A program made the position numbers and the translations under genes. Positions 13,086 through 26,061 of a stretch of 64,000 bases of DNA are shown in pieces. The notes under the pieces were generated by a model. The model was not told the origin of the DNA and made no database searches. It saw only the letters and a program-made list of their open reading frames with translations. The stretch comes from Cenococcum geophilum (taxonomy: Eukaryota). The stretch covers positions 8,370,001 to 8,434,000 of the forward strand of contig CP158635.1 of assembly GCA_050273025.1 (NCBI GenBank), in the 5' to 3' direction. Position 1 is the first letter of the stretch. Each line of letters begins with the position of its first letter.

Positions 13086-16000
13086 CACCCCCCCAGCTTT
13101 GAGCTGTCCTGCAGGTCAAAGCTATATCATAAGTCTTGGCATGGTGTTAAGTTAAATTTACCTTTATTAATTTAGATCCTCTCCTTAATATCAACTAGGT
13201 TTAATTAATAAATAAATGTTTTGTGCTTCTGCCTTAGCAGAGCTTTAGTTAGGCCGTCTGCTACCATTGCTGTAGTAGGCGTCTAATTAATCTTAATTCG
13301 ATCATCACGTACCTCTTGACGTAACCAGTGGTGGTGTATGTTGACGTGTCAGAGCTTCGTAGATAGCTCTGGTCCGTCTTTTATAAGCAGTTAAATCGTC
13401 TATAGATTATTACAGTTAATCGTCTACCTGTTATCTAAGGTTAATCCGATTTCTTTAAAGAAGCGACTCTACCAGATTAATTCCGTACCTACATATAACA
13501 GAGCTATAAGCTCTGCCTTAGTGCTTAACTTCGTTATTAACGTCTGCTTAGTAGAGCGCCAGTTAATTAGTCCCCTAAATAGGGTAAATAGATATCCTTC
13601 CGTACTACGTTTACTTATTAAGTTATCTCCAAATACTACGTTACTTACTCCCATAAAGACTTAACTCCCTATACTGTGTTCTAAGTATTTAATCACGAGA
13701 GTCCTCGTCTAATAGAGGTAGGCGATCGCTTGACAAGCTGCGGCGTTATAGAGGGGTAAGGGATTTTATAGGAATTCTAATAGCTTACTTAAAGCTTAAG
13801 CTGCATCAGGTCTTATAATATAGGTCGCGTAGAGGAGTAATCCAATCATCCTCTGGTAGACATAGGTATCTTAATTTAATGCTTCCTCCGGGTTCGGTAG
13901 GAGCCCGTCAGTGCTTATAGGTATACTAACTAAGCGCGTATTAGTTAAATAAAAGTTATTAGCGATCTTCTTAATATAGGAGTTTTAATAGAGCCATAGC
14001 TTCCTCTGACTTTTATCTCTTAAGACTTAAATTCCTAGGAACTAGGATAGTTTACCTAGGTCCTTTATCTCGTATTTCTTTATAAGCGCAGTCTTAAAGC
14101 TTAGAAGCTCTGACTAGTTCCCCTTAGTGCTTACAGCACAGATATCGTCTATATAGAAGAACATGATTAGCCGATTATTATAGTAGAGACACGGCTCTCT
14201 GCTGATAGGCTTTAACCCTAATTTAGTCAGTTCCTGACTTAAGTTATTATGCTAAAGATGTGGCAATCATTAAAGTCCGTAGAGAGCTCTGCGTAGTAGT
14301 AGACATTTGCCCTTAATAGTAAATCCATCTAAACACTTAATATAGACTATTTCGTCAATTAAGCTATTCGCGAATGTATTAATAGCGTCGCCCTACTAAA
14401 CGTCCAAATTAAATGCTGCGATAACTACTGTAAAAGCCCTAAAGACCTTAGCTGCCAGAGTCGCCGTATAGGTGTCCTTATAAATCAACTCTTATAGATC
14501 GCCTCTCACACAGAGTTGTGCCTTGAACTTCGTTAGATATCCGTTAGTGTCCGTTTTATAGGTGAATCTCTAGGTAGTAGGCACTATTTTAACTGACGGA
14601 GTTTTATCTACAACCTTAAATGTTCCACGACCCTCTAGGTTAGTATACTCTTTTATAGCAGTAGTAAGGAAATCTTCCCTATACTAGTGTCTTATAAGCT
14701 CCTTCTAGTTCTTAGGCAAAGGTAGTAGCTTATCGCGATGGATTTTCCTATAATATTTTAGGCCTACGTGGAAGGCTGTCTAAAGCGCTTTAAAGCTATC
14801 TACCTCCTTAAGGTAAGTTAAATGAGCTATATATTGTTTAGGTAGCCTCCTTAATTATTTACCTTTTATAATATTATCTTCCTTAACGGCTACGCCGTCT
14901 TTATCCTTTAAGTTATCCTCTATAGGTATGTATTCGTAATACGGTTGTTAATAGGTAGAGGGAGCTAAGGAGCTTAAGGATTCTTTAGTAGGAATTAACT
15001 GAGGTTTTGGCGTCTTGTCTAGGGTAGGAAGGGCAGGTAGGAAATTATCCTTTAAGGTTTATAAGCTTGCTACATTATCGTCTTAATTAGTTGCTTAGTC
15101 TTAATTTCCACTAGAATCTACTTGTTAATTTCCACCGTTTTCCACTTAAATCTTATTTAAAGTCTTATCGTCCTTATCTAACGTTTTATTAAGCTCTTCC
15201 TAAAGCGTCCTGTTAATATGCAATATATTAATTACCTCCAAAATTTAATTAGCGCGTTTTTAGAGCAGATTCGTAAGATCTGGCTGACCGTCGTTATAGA
15301 GTAACTGCTTATTGAATATTACGTCTCTTATTTGAATTATCTTTTTTTCGCTAGGTATATAGACCCTAAAGATATTCATTAACTGGTACCTAACTAGGTA
15401 TCCAATATAAGCTCTTAGCTTAAGCTTTTAAGTATACGGGAGGTTATATTTAAGTAGGTAAGCTCTGCAGCCGTATACACGTAGATAAGCTATATTTGGC
15501 TTTAATGGCAAGAGCCCTAGTGCTAACTAAAGCTTTTTAAAAGGTGTTATTTAGCTAAGCTGGGCGTTCGGTATCTAATTAATTAAATACGCTATAGCTT
15601 TAACGATCTTTGGCCAGAGCTCTTCTAGTAATTAAGCTTTAATTCGCATGTAACGAGACTTAATAATAATCACCCCCTTAGAACGTTTAGTAGAACCGTT
15701 CTAAGACTTCATATATGGAGCCGATTGCTCTACCGTAATTCCTTTTTGGTTTATCCAACTATAGAAGTCGCCACTAAGGGAGGTCTCGCCATTAACTCGG
15801 ATGACTACAATCTTCTAATTATATTGACGCTTTACCCTATTCGAATATCGTATAATTGCTTACGTTAACAACGACTTTTGGGTAAAGGTCTCCACCTCGT
15901 TTATTTGTAGAAATTCGTTATAGAAATGTATCGTCTATTTGTGACTATTGTACGCCATGATCTCCTGAAATAAGTTGATATATACTTGGTAGAAGGGCCT

Positions 16001-17810
16001 CGTTGCCTTGTCGGTAGGTGCTCTTCTTAATATAATTTCGTGAGCCTTGCTAACAGCACAGGATTTATATTCGATTGTCGCTGGTCCTTAAAGCTTTGCA
16101 CTACCTACCTCCTAAGGTAGATGCTTAATCGCGTTGGGTCCTATATGACCTAGTTTCTTATGCCAGAGCCTTCCTACTACTTCTTAATTAGGAAGGGGGT
16201 CTTGCGATTGGATTGCAAATAAGGCTTTTGGCTCATTGTATTTAAGCGTGTTTTAGTTATAATGTTGCCCGTAATAGGCGAATGTCTTATAATCGTCTTT
16301 ATGATATAGTAGGTTCTTTTCATTGTCCCACCATATGTTCTTATTGTTGAACCTATTTAGATAGGCCAAATTTATATAGAACGCTGGTATATATACTGCA
16401 TTAGCTAGTAGGATCCTCTTAGGGCCTGCTGGCGTCTGAATTGTGACTACTGCCGTCCCTATGCCCTTAACTGGATCTAGGCCTATTTCGGCGTATACGA
16501 AGTTATTGCTCGGTTAGAGCTTGTTGACGAATCTTAATCAATTATTAATGACGTATATTATAGTTCCGTTATTAAGAATAACGCTATTATATAGCTTATA
16601 GTTAGAACCTGCATTATAGGCGCCTACTTAGTATACGGCGAAGATACCGTGGTTATTTTCCTTTTAACTTCCGTCTGGGTTCCGTATAGCTTTCTTTTGT
16701 GGAGCTTCCTTGCCTAAAGCCTCCTTCCTTATCTTCTTAATCTTTAACTTGGTCTAATCTAATACGCTTATAATCCTTTCCTTAACTTTTATAGCCGTGG
16801 CTTTATTAAATTTCTAATCCTTTAATTAAACCGATTTGTTAATATAAGGATAATCCGGAAACTAGTGAATATCTCCATAGTAGCACGTTGGGGTATCTTT
16901 CTTCTTTAACGTCCCAGATGGTGTAGTAGGGACCTTGTCCTTAGGAGTCTTGTCCTTAAGAGTCTTATCTTTACGAGATCTGTTAATTAACTCGCCCTAA
17001 AAGCCTACTGCATTAGCGCTAAGTTGATCCCTTCTCTTTTGGGCAGTCTCTATTCATTAATAGTTCCGATATATTTCGACTAGTCGATCTATAGATATCA
17101 TTTGGTTACTGGCCCAGTCGTATTTATTAAATTTAACCCTCCACGTTAAAGCCTAGTTTAGTAATGCTAGCTCTATAGTTAGTAGAAAGTCTCTAATTAC
17201 TTAGTTGCCGTTTACGTCTAGCAATTTAATCTTTTTGCAGTTGTTATATATTTTCTCCTACTGCTATAGCTAGGCCTTAAAGTTCTAGTTCTTTAGGCCC
17301 TTTTTAACCTTGGCATATTAAGTAGATAGGTATAGCTTACGTGCTGTATTGGTAGGGGCAACCCTCTCCTTAAGAGCTACTAGGGTGTTATATACCAAGT
17401 CAATACCCAGTATATAGGTATTAAGGTTCCTAGCCACTATACTAGTAATATAGCTTTATAGGGAGGTTAAAGCTGCCTTCTACTTCTTATATTCCTTCTT
17501 TACTATCTTATACCTCTTACAGAGAATTTAAAGCTCGTCCTTCTTGTCCTTAGAGAGAGCTGCATATAAGGTCGTTCCTATCTTTATATCTTAAGGCCTA
17601 GGAAAGACTGGTTTAAGTAAACGGGGCAACTAATCCTGTTTAGTTAAGGGGTTAACGTATTCCTATACGTTTCCTATTCGAGCTTAAAGCCTAATAAGGT
17701 CGATCTATTTGTCCTAATTAGCTTAGTTCGATAATATCACCGTTATAGTAATAGCTTAGGTAGCTTAAAAAGTTATATTAAAAGGTACTTATAAGAACAA
17801 ATAAAGTATT

Positions 17811-20800
17811 TATTACGGACGCTTTAAGTACAATATTACAACTACTTAGAGAGGAGTTAGAAGAAGCTAGTTAGTTAATACAAGCACGGTCTAAGATAGA
17901 GTCTATAAAACTATGTAATAAGGAATAGTAACTAAGGTTACATAAGGTGCTACGTAAAGAACGCGAGGAACGAAGGGAACTTACGTACCTTATGTATAAC
18001 ACGTATATTACGTACAAGAAGGATTTTATAGGAGTACGGTTATGTATTTAAGGACCCTCAGTCCCTACCTAGATAGTTCCTCCCTTATAGTGATTCTCAG
18101 AATATAATTAGAGTTAATCTGTTAGGCAACCACTCCACCAGTTATTATTACGTTGTTAACTTACTTACAATACCTATATACCTAGCCCATTAATAAGTCC
18201 ACCATAGTTCCTACTACAAGGCTTCGTTACATAATTACTACTACAATTACGGTTTTAATAAGTTAAACAATATGCTACCAAAAGCAGCCACCACAACGCT
18301 ATTAACGGCGGCAACTACGTCAGGATTAGGTAACAATACTAGTATAGCAGACACTAACTTATAACAACCTATAACAGTAGGACAGTTATAAATAATAGTT
18401 AATTAGTTAACGGGAGATAATATAGCACTTAAAAATAGGATCAATAGAATAGGAGCAGCAAAGGTTAAGTTACTATCGATTAAAAGATTCTTAGGAGAAA
18501 AATCAAAGCTTAAAGGATTCCTTACGTAAATATACTTTAAGGTTACGTAGGAAGGAGCAAAGCTAGCAATAACTATAAATTAAGTAGCATATGCAGGATT
18601 GTTCTTATTAGAAAGAGTACTTAAATAGTTTAAGCCTTACCTTACAGAGATACAAGTAAATAAAATAATAATAACAAACTAGGAAGTACGGTTTATGTTT
18701 TTAAGTTAAAATGGATTTGCAGAGTAACTTATATAGATGTTTAGGGACCTAAAAGCAACAACTATAGCGGAAAGAAAGCTTCAGAACCTAATATAATAAA
18801 CTTTAGCAATTAAGTATACGACATAATTCCAAACACTAGCTATATAACTTAAGTGGAATAATAAGGCGCTTATAGCACAGTATAAACAGGGACTTAAGGC
18901 TAAAGTCTAGGACGTAATTATTCTAATAGAAGATGCGGACACCCTAAGGGAATTAATAGATTAAGCAATTAAAATTAACAATAGGATCTTCCAAAGGGAA
19001 AAGGCTAAGAGGGGCCAGAACAGAGTTCCACAGTTATATAAGACGCAGAGTACGCAACAACTAAAGCCAAATTAGAAACTATAGTATAGCGTAAAGCTAA
19101 TAAACCTAAGTGGTACTAAAGAAACCTATAAGAGATAAAGCAAGAAACTATAGAAACCTAAAAGTTAAGAATTAAGTAATTATAGGACTAAGGAGCATAG
19201 GCTAAACCAAGGATCTCAGCAGCAGAAGACGTTTGAGCGGACTCTATAACAGAAGTAATGGTTTAAAGAAGGAGCTTATATAAATTACGGAAAACAGAGT
19301 CATTTCGCCAGAGACTGTAGAAGTAGTTAGAGTTATTACGTAGTAAAGGGAACTAGACTAGTAGTATATAACACACACATATAGAGGGACAATAGTGCGC
19401 TACAAGGAACAAAAGAATATTTAATTAAAAGTTTTGCGTTTTGTTACAATAACGCATACCAAATTTATAAAAACGCTAAGTATGGTGTAAGCTATTGGCC
19501 ACAAGAGCCAGAGTTAAAAAAAACTTAGAGGAACTAAAGAGTTAAATAAAGAATAAGATCGACTCTATAAGCTAAATTAAGACATTATAGCAATATACGG
19601 ACAAAGATTAGTAACAATAATAATGGAGTCAAAGTACTTATTAATTAACAGCGATAAGGACAGTAAAGGAACTAACTAGGGGTATCTAAACCTTAATAAC
19701 GCAATAGAAGTAAAGACTAAGACCGCTATAAAGCAAGGTTTAGTAACGGGCATTATAATACCGTTAGATACGGCATCCATCGCTTTATAAGACGAAAGGA
19801 GTAATATCTAAAGACGATTAAGTAAGCAGATAACTGCTAGTGCTAGCTTACCACTTAAAACAGGCAAAAGGCCAAAGGCTCAAGATTCTCAGGATAAGAT
19901 AAAAGATAACTAAGATTCTTAAGACAAGATAAGGCATACTTAGAGACCCATAACGGACGATAACTAATAGAGCAGAGCAGTAGCTTAGTTTAAGAATATA
20001 TAAATAAGCTTAGGACAAGCGCTCCTAACGGCATAAGACTCTTAAGACGAGATAAGAACACTAAGTAAGCCTAATTAGACTAAGGCTAAAGCTAAGCTTA
20101 AGTCAGAAGTAAGCTTAGAATTAAAGAATCTAAGGGATCAAGAATTCGGAGTATAAATTAGGACACCTATAAGCAAGAGGCAAGGAGCTTTATTACAGAT
20201 TAGAGAATCTATAGCGCGAATAGTAATTAGACTAGGAGACAGATATATAGACCTAAAAGACTTACCAGGGGAATATAGTGTTCAGCCTAAAGATCAAAAA
20301 GTTAATATTAAGATTAAGAAGCACGAAGACTTCAAGGATCCACTCATAAGACGCAACGTAAAAGAAACTATAGAGGAATTCAGGGCAAGAATTACCTTAT
20401 AGCAAGAACAGAAACTAGATAAAAGATCTAGCATATTAGGACGTATAAAGGACAGAGCACTAGTATAAAGAATTACTAATAGGCCTAGAACAGGCACACC
20501 AAGAGTAAAGTGGCTTACTAAACTAGAACAAGAAGAGGATTTAGGGATTCCTACTAAGTTTAAAGAACGACACACTAATGGCTGTCACGACGCAGTAATA
20601 AAGAGATACTTCTATACGGACGAGCCGTATACACTTAAGTAGCTGTACTAAAAGTGGTATAGATAATGACACAACAATAAATAGGAAGACTTCTATATAT
20701 AGTTAGACGAAAAAGTTATCTAAGACCACCCGATTATAGAGAAGGCTATAACTTATATTAAAGGGGCCTTAATTATAATATTAAAGGATCTAAAGAAGCA

Positions 20801-23800
20801 ATTAAAGGACTGGAGAAGTAAAAGACGAATCTTAGTACCTATAAATAAAGTTGCAACGCTCAGATTAATATAAGAGAGGTTTAAACTTAAGGATAAAGAT
20901 AAGCTAAGAGTTAACCTAAGACATTAAGCACATTATATACTATTATAGATAGTATGCATAGATAATGCGTGCAACATATATAAGACACTAAAGGATAAAA
21001 ATTAAAAGTATCCAATAAGGATGTATTAGATAACGGACGAGGCGAAATATAGAAACGTTAAGTATATACATAGTTAGCACCTAGTGGAAGTTTAAGAATA
21101 AGGGGACTTAATACTTTAACCAGGAAGATTCTTTACGGAAGAATGTCTAGATAGACGATAATGGTGGGAATATTCAGAGAATACCTATCTATAGCACATT
21201 AAAGATAAAAAACGAACTAAGTATTAGCCTAAGTTAGACCAAGTATAAATAGGATCTAGTAGCTAATAGTCGGGAAAAGTAGAGGCCTACGGGACCAGAG
21301 GAAGCTAGTGGTAGAGCCTTAGACCCTTAAGGGAATTTAAAGATAACACGTAAATTTATAAGTTAAATAGTAAGATCAACAGTTTGAGGCATTAATAGAT
21401 AGTAGAGCAATAAGGAACCATATCTCGCTAGTAGTAGTAAAAAAAATAAGATTACTACACAGATAAAAGGAATGTCCTTACCTATTAGTGACAATTTTAG
21501 GAGATCCGATAGCCTACGGAGGAGGTATCATTAATCTTAAAACAGGACCAGTTTAGCTAACCATTAAAGGAAAACAAGTTAAGATATCTTTCGATATATT
21601 ACTATTAGGAAGTAATAAGGCAGTATTAGGAATACCTTAATTACAGGAATACAATCCAAAGATTAATTGGGTTATAGATTAGGTCAATATTAGAGATACT
21701 TAACGCCGTAAGATATAATAATAAGCCAAGCTAGTATAGTACCAAGTAGGAGCGACCTATAAAGAAACGGAAAAAGGATTAAGTTATATACTAAAGAGAT
21801 ACCACGAGTATGGCAAAAAATTATAGTTACCTAAGAGTGAAAAGCTGTTAAAGTATATAGTATAGGACTATAAAATAGAATTAGAACCAGGAATAAGTCT
21901 AAGGTTCTTTCCAATTTATAAGCTTACTAAAGAAGAAGGCAGAGCATTAAAAGAGTTTATCTAAGAAAACTTATAAAAAGGATATATTAGACCATCGCAG
22001 TTATTAGTAGGTTATCCAGTACTGTTCGTACCAAAAAAGAATAGTAGACTAAGGCTGTATATCAACTATAGATAGTTAAACAGCATCACTAGAAAGGATA
22101 GGTATCCTTTACCCTTAATTAGCAAAATCTAAGATAGGATAGGTAATGCACAAATCTTTATAAAGATAGATTTGAGATAGGCGTACTATTAGATTAGAAT
22201 TAAGGAAGGCGATAAATAGAAGGCAGCCTTTAGGTTAAAGGAAGGACTGTATAAACTACTAGTTATGTAATTCGGGCTTATAAACGCACTAGCAACATTC
22301 TAGAAGCGTATTAATAATGTATTAGAAGAACATTTGGATGAATTTATTATAGTATACCTTAATAACATTATTATCTACTTATTAAGTGAGGAAGAATATA
22401 AAGAATATATTAAATAGGTTTTAAAGAGACTATAAGAAGAATAAATGCTAGTAACAATTAAGAAATACGAGTTCTTTACTAGGAAGACCGATTTTATTAA
22501 ATTTATTATTAAACTAGGCTAACTTAGTATAGATCTAAAGAAGATTAAGGCTATAGTAAATTAGCAGGAACTAGAGAACGTTATATAGTTAAGATTGTTT
22601 TTAGGGTTTTGCAATTACTATAGAAGGTTTATAGCGTAATAGTTAAAGGATATTAAACCATTTATATAATTAATAAAGAAAGAAGAACTATAGGTATGGA
22701 AAGAGGAGTAGTAAGAACTCTTTAAAAAAGTTAAAGAGTTATTTACCTAGGAGCCAGTTCTTAAGATCTATTAACTAGGACTAGAGACGGTTGTAGAAAT
22801 AGATACATTAGACTTTATACTAAGAGTATATTTTATATAAAAGCATCCAGATAGATAGCACCTAGTGGTATACTATAGTCGGAAGATAACACCACTAGAG
22901 CTAAACTATAACATCTATAATAAGAAGTTGCTAGGTATAGTTATAGCACTAAAGGAATAAAGAGTATTCTTACAAGGCATAGAAAAACTATTTATGGTTA
23001 AAACGGATTATAAGAACCTAACAGAATTCCTAATAATAAAGGAACTTAACCGAAGATAGGTTAGATAGGCAGAGATGCTTACAGAATACTATTTTAAAAT
23101 TTAGTACACTAAGGGTACAGACAACACGCGAGCCGATGCGTTAAGTTAAAAGGCTAAACTATAAAATAATGATAAGCTATTAGGGGCTTTACTGCGAAGA
23201 GATATAGATGGACTGATTAGGTATAATTATCTAAAGATTATAGCAACATAAGAAAATAAGTTAGAAAAGGTCTATAAGATACTAGAAAGCCTTTAGGTAT
23301 AAAGGATTCTAAAAGCATAACTAGAAGACCTATAGTTAGATATATACGAAAACCAAGAAGCGAAGTATATCCTAAGGAGTATAGCAAAGCAGTTTATAAA
23401 GGAATTCTATAAGAGATTAACTTAAAAATATAATAGAGCAAAGGGCTTAGTGTTAAGACTTTAGAAGGAGTATATTATTAACGGAATCTAGAGGATAGCT
23501 AGAAAGGTCACTAAAGAATATCTAAATTACTAAAGGAATAAACTAATGAGGCATAAGCTATATGGAGGGCTACAACCTGTTAAAATACTAGAAAGACCAT
23601 AGGAGGTCATATTATAGGACTTTATTGTTAAGTTACTAAAGTTAAAAGACCCTATTACCGGACAGGATTATAATACAATCCTAGTAATAGTAGATAAGCT
23701 TATAAAGTAGGGATACTTTATAGCCTATACGGAAGAAATCTCAGCGGAAGATGTCGCTAGAATCTATATTAAAGAAGTGTTTATAAGATATAGAGTACTA

Positions 23801-25798
23801 AGCAAAATCATATTGGACAGAGATTTAAGATTCGTAGCAGTATTCTAGAAAGTATTCTTGGCGGAATAAGAAGTTTAAGCAGTAACTTCTACCGCATATT
23901 ATCTATAGACAGACGGTTAAACGGAAAGATTAAACTAGACACTAGAGTAGTATCTAAGGCACTATATTAATTACGCATAGAATAATTAGGTATCGCTATT
24001 ACCAATTATATAATTTGCATACAATGCAACACCATAAAAAGGAATGGGTACGTCACCATTTAAGGCGAATTATGGATATAAGCTAAGAACATCACTATCG
24101 CTATAATAAACAAAGAAAACGAGTAGCAAAGCTAAGTAAAGAATAGAAACTTTAATAAATCTTTATATAAACCTTACGGAAACAGCTAAGACAGTATAGC
24201 AAAGAATGAAAAAATACTATAATGCTAGGAGATCTAAGGGACCAGATCTTAAGGAGGGAGATAAAGTATAGCTACTATACAAAAATTTTAAGAGTCGACG
24301 ACCAAGTAAGAAGTTAGACTACGTTAGGTTAGGACCTTTTAAAATTATATAAAGGATTTTACCAGTTACGTTTAAATTAAACCTACTAGCCAAAATGAAA
24401 ATCTATCCTATATAGCACATTGCAATGCTAGAGCTAGCATACGGAAATATTAAACTATTAATCTATAAGGCAGATACGTACAGAGGATAAGAAGAAGACG
24501 AATAGTAAGTTTTAAAGATTGTTAGTTATAAGGACGTAGATAATAAAATATAGTACGAAGTAAAGTAAATAGGCTATAACGAGACTACCTGGGAGCCACT
24601 AGAGAATCTAAAGAACGCTATAGGAAAGGTATAGGAGTATTAGAAGAGAAAAGGTTAGGTAATATTAATAAAAAAGAATCGCCAAAGAATAAGCCACCTA
24701 AGGGGGACCTAGGAAGAGCAACTACTAAACTACTTAGAGTTGTTTCCTTCTCTATTGGAAGAGAATCCATTCTTTTATTACTAAGTTCCTACAGACCTTA
24801 TTTTATAAGTTTTCACTCCTTAGAACAAACCTTCTTACATACCTTTTTAAGACGAAGTAGACGGGTAAACGCCGTAATGCGAGTATCTAAGGCCTTTTGT
24901 TCCGCATCCTAAGAACGCTTAAGCTTAGCAAGGGCCTACGCTAGGTTACTATTAAGCTTTGCAGTAGCAGATTAAACACAAGACCCTATAATAAATTACT
25001 TAGGGAACTTAAAGACTATTAAGAGTTATAGGACGCGTATACTTAGCGTTAGAAGTAGAGTAAATATCGCAAGATAATTAAACGTTTACTTTAGTGCACT
25101 CTAAATAAGAGGAGGGTTGCCAAGATAAAGGACTCGCCAACGTAATATAAACTAGCCCCTCTTTTAAGTAACGAGAATACGGAGATGGTATTATTTCACT
25201 AAGTAATAATATTGCAGCAATAGTACGAGCACGACGTTGCGCGTATGAAGAAGAAGAAGCTTTAGGTATTATAAGTAACAATATTAACTAAATTAATTAG
25301 ACGGATATTACACCTCTAGTAAACGACTTAGAGATATTAGGTATCTTTAAGGATAAAGATAAAGAGGAGGGAGATGGTGTTACGGACGCTTTAAGTACGA
25401 TGTTATAACTACTTAGAGAGGAGTTAAAAGAAGCTAGTTAGTTAATATAAGCACGGTCCAAAATGGAGTCCGTGGAACTATATAACGAGGAATAGTAACT
25501 AAGGTTATATAAGGTGCTATATAAAGAACGCGAGGAATAAAGGAAACTTACGTACCTTATGTATAACACGTATATTATGTATAAGAAGGATTTTATAGAA
25601 GTACGGTTGTGTATTTAAGGACCCTTAGTCCCTACCTAGATAGTTCCTCCCTTGTAGTGATTCTTAGAATATAATTAGAGTTAATCTGTTAGGCAACCAC
25701 TCTACTAGTTATTATTACGTTATTAACTTACTTGTAATACCTACATATCTAGCCTATTAACAAGTCCACCGTAGTTCCTACTATAAGGCTTCGTTATA
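17811..25798 (+). mobile_element. Full-length Ty3/gypsy chromovirus, family B copy 1 (RIPed), nested in copia
   Basis: 421-bp LTRs 17811-18231 and 25378-25798. TSD GTATT (17806-10 and 25799-803). Gag from ATG 18272, knuckle ~19277, slippery GGGAAAA 21272, protease ~21395, RT YLDD ~22354, integrase, chromodomain ~24500-24640. Confidence 0.96.
24700..25345 (-). pseudogene. Antisense Zn2Cys6-like plus coiled-coil gene of gypsy family B (RIPed)
   Basis: Reads P-Y-SR-Y-LKEGLV-Y-x13-Y-LE-C-x8-C, giving Cx2Cx6Cx13Cx2Cx8C after de-RIP. A putative intron (~25041-24986) is followed by heptad-rich sequence. Conserved at 46070-46690 and 48300-48930. Confidence 0.7.
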
Positions 25799-25866
25799 GT
25801 ATTTAATAAGGAATAGGGTTAATTAAATTAATAGGTGTAATATAGCAAGTCACCCGGGCTTATAAC

Positions 25867-26061
25867 TGTTAATTAGTAGTCCGTGCACCAATTATAAGGT
25901 AAGATTAAGGACTCTATCTATTTAAACTATAAAGAAAAAAGACTATATATATATGAGGTAGTACCCCCTATAAGGGTCCCTAGAGAATCGGTAAAACTAG
26001 ATTAAAACCAGGTCGAGATAAATCTAAAGCTAATGTCTAACAGTACCCGTCACGGTCAATA
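25867..26061 (-). repeat. Copia 5' LTR
   Basis: Direct repeat of 12891-13085, adjacent to the PBS. Confidence 0.95.

Larger units (their letters stand above)
12891..26061 (-). mobile_element. Full-length Ty1/copia LTR retrotransposon (RIPed), containing a nested gypsy
   Basis: LTRs 12891-13085 and 25867-26061. 5-bp TSD GGTTC (12886-90 and 26062-66). PBS-like GTTATAAGCCC at 25856-66 and G-rich PPT at 13086-97. Pol motifs on minus: WHRKLGHIG, integrase, KFKAQLCVRG, LYGL, FYIDDI, RSTEGYLF. Confidence 0.95.

Noticed and set aside
18232..18260. Lack of a canonical tRNA PBS (possible self-priming)
   Set aside because: RIP obscures the sequence, and I could not show complementarity to the LTR.
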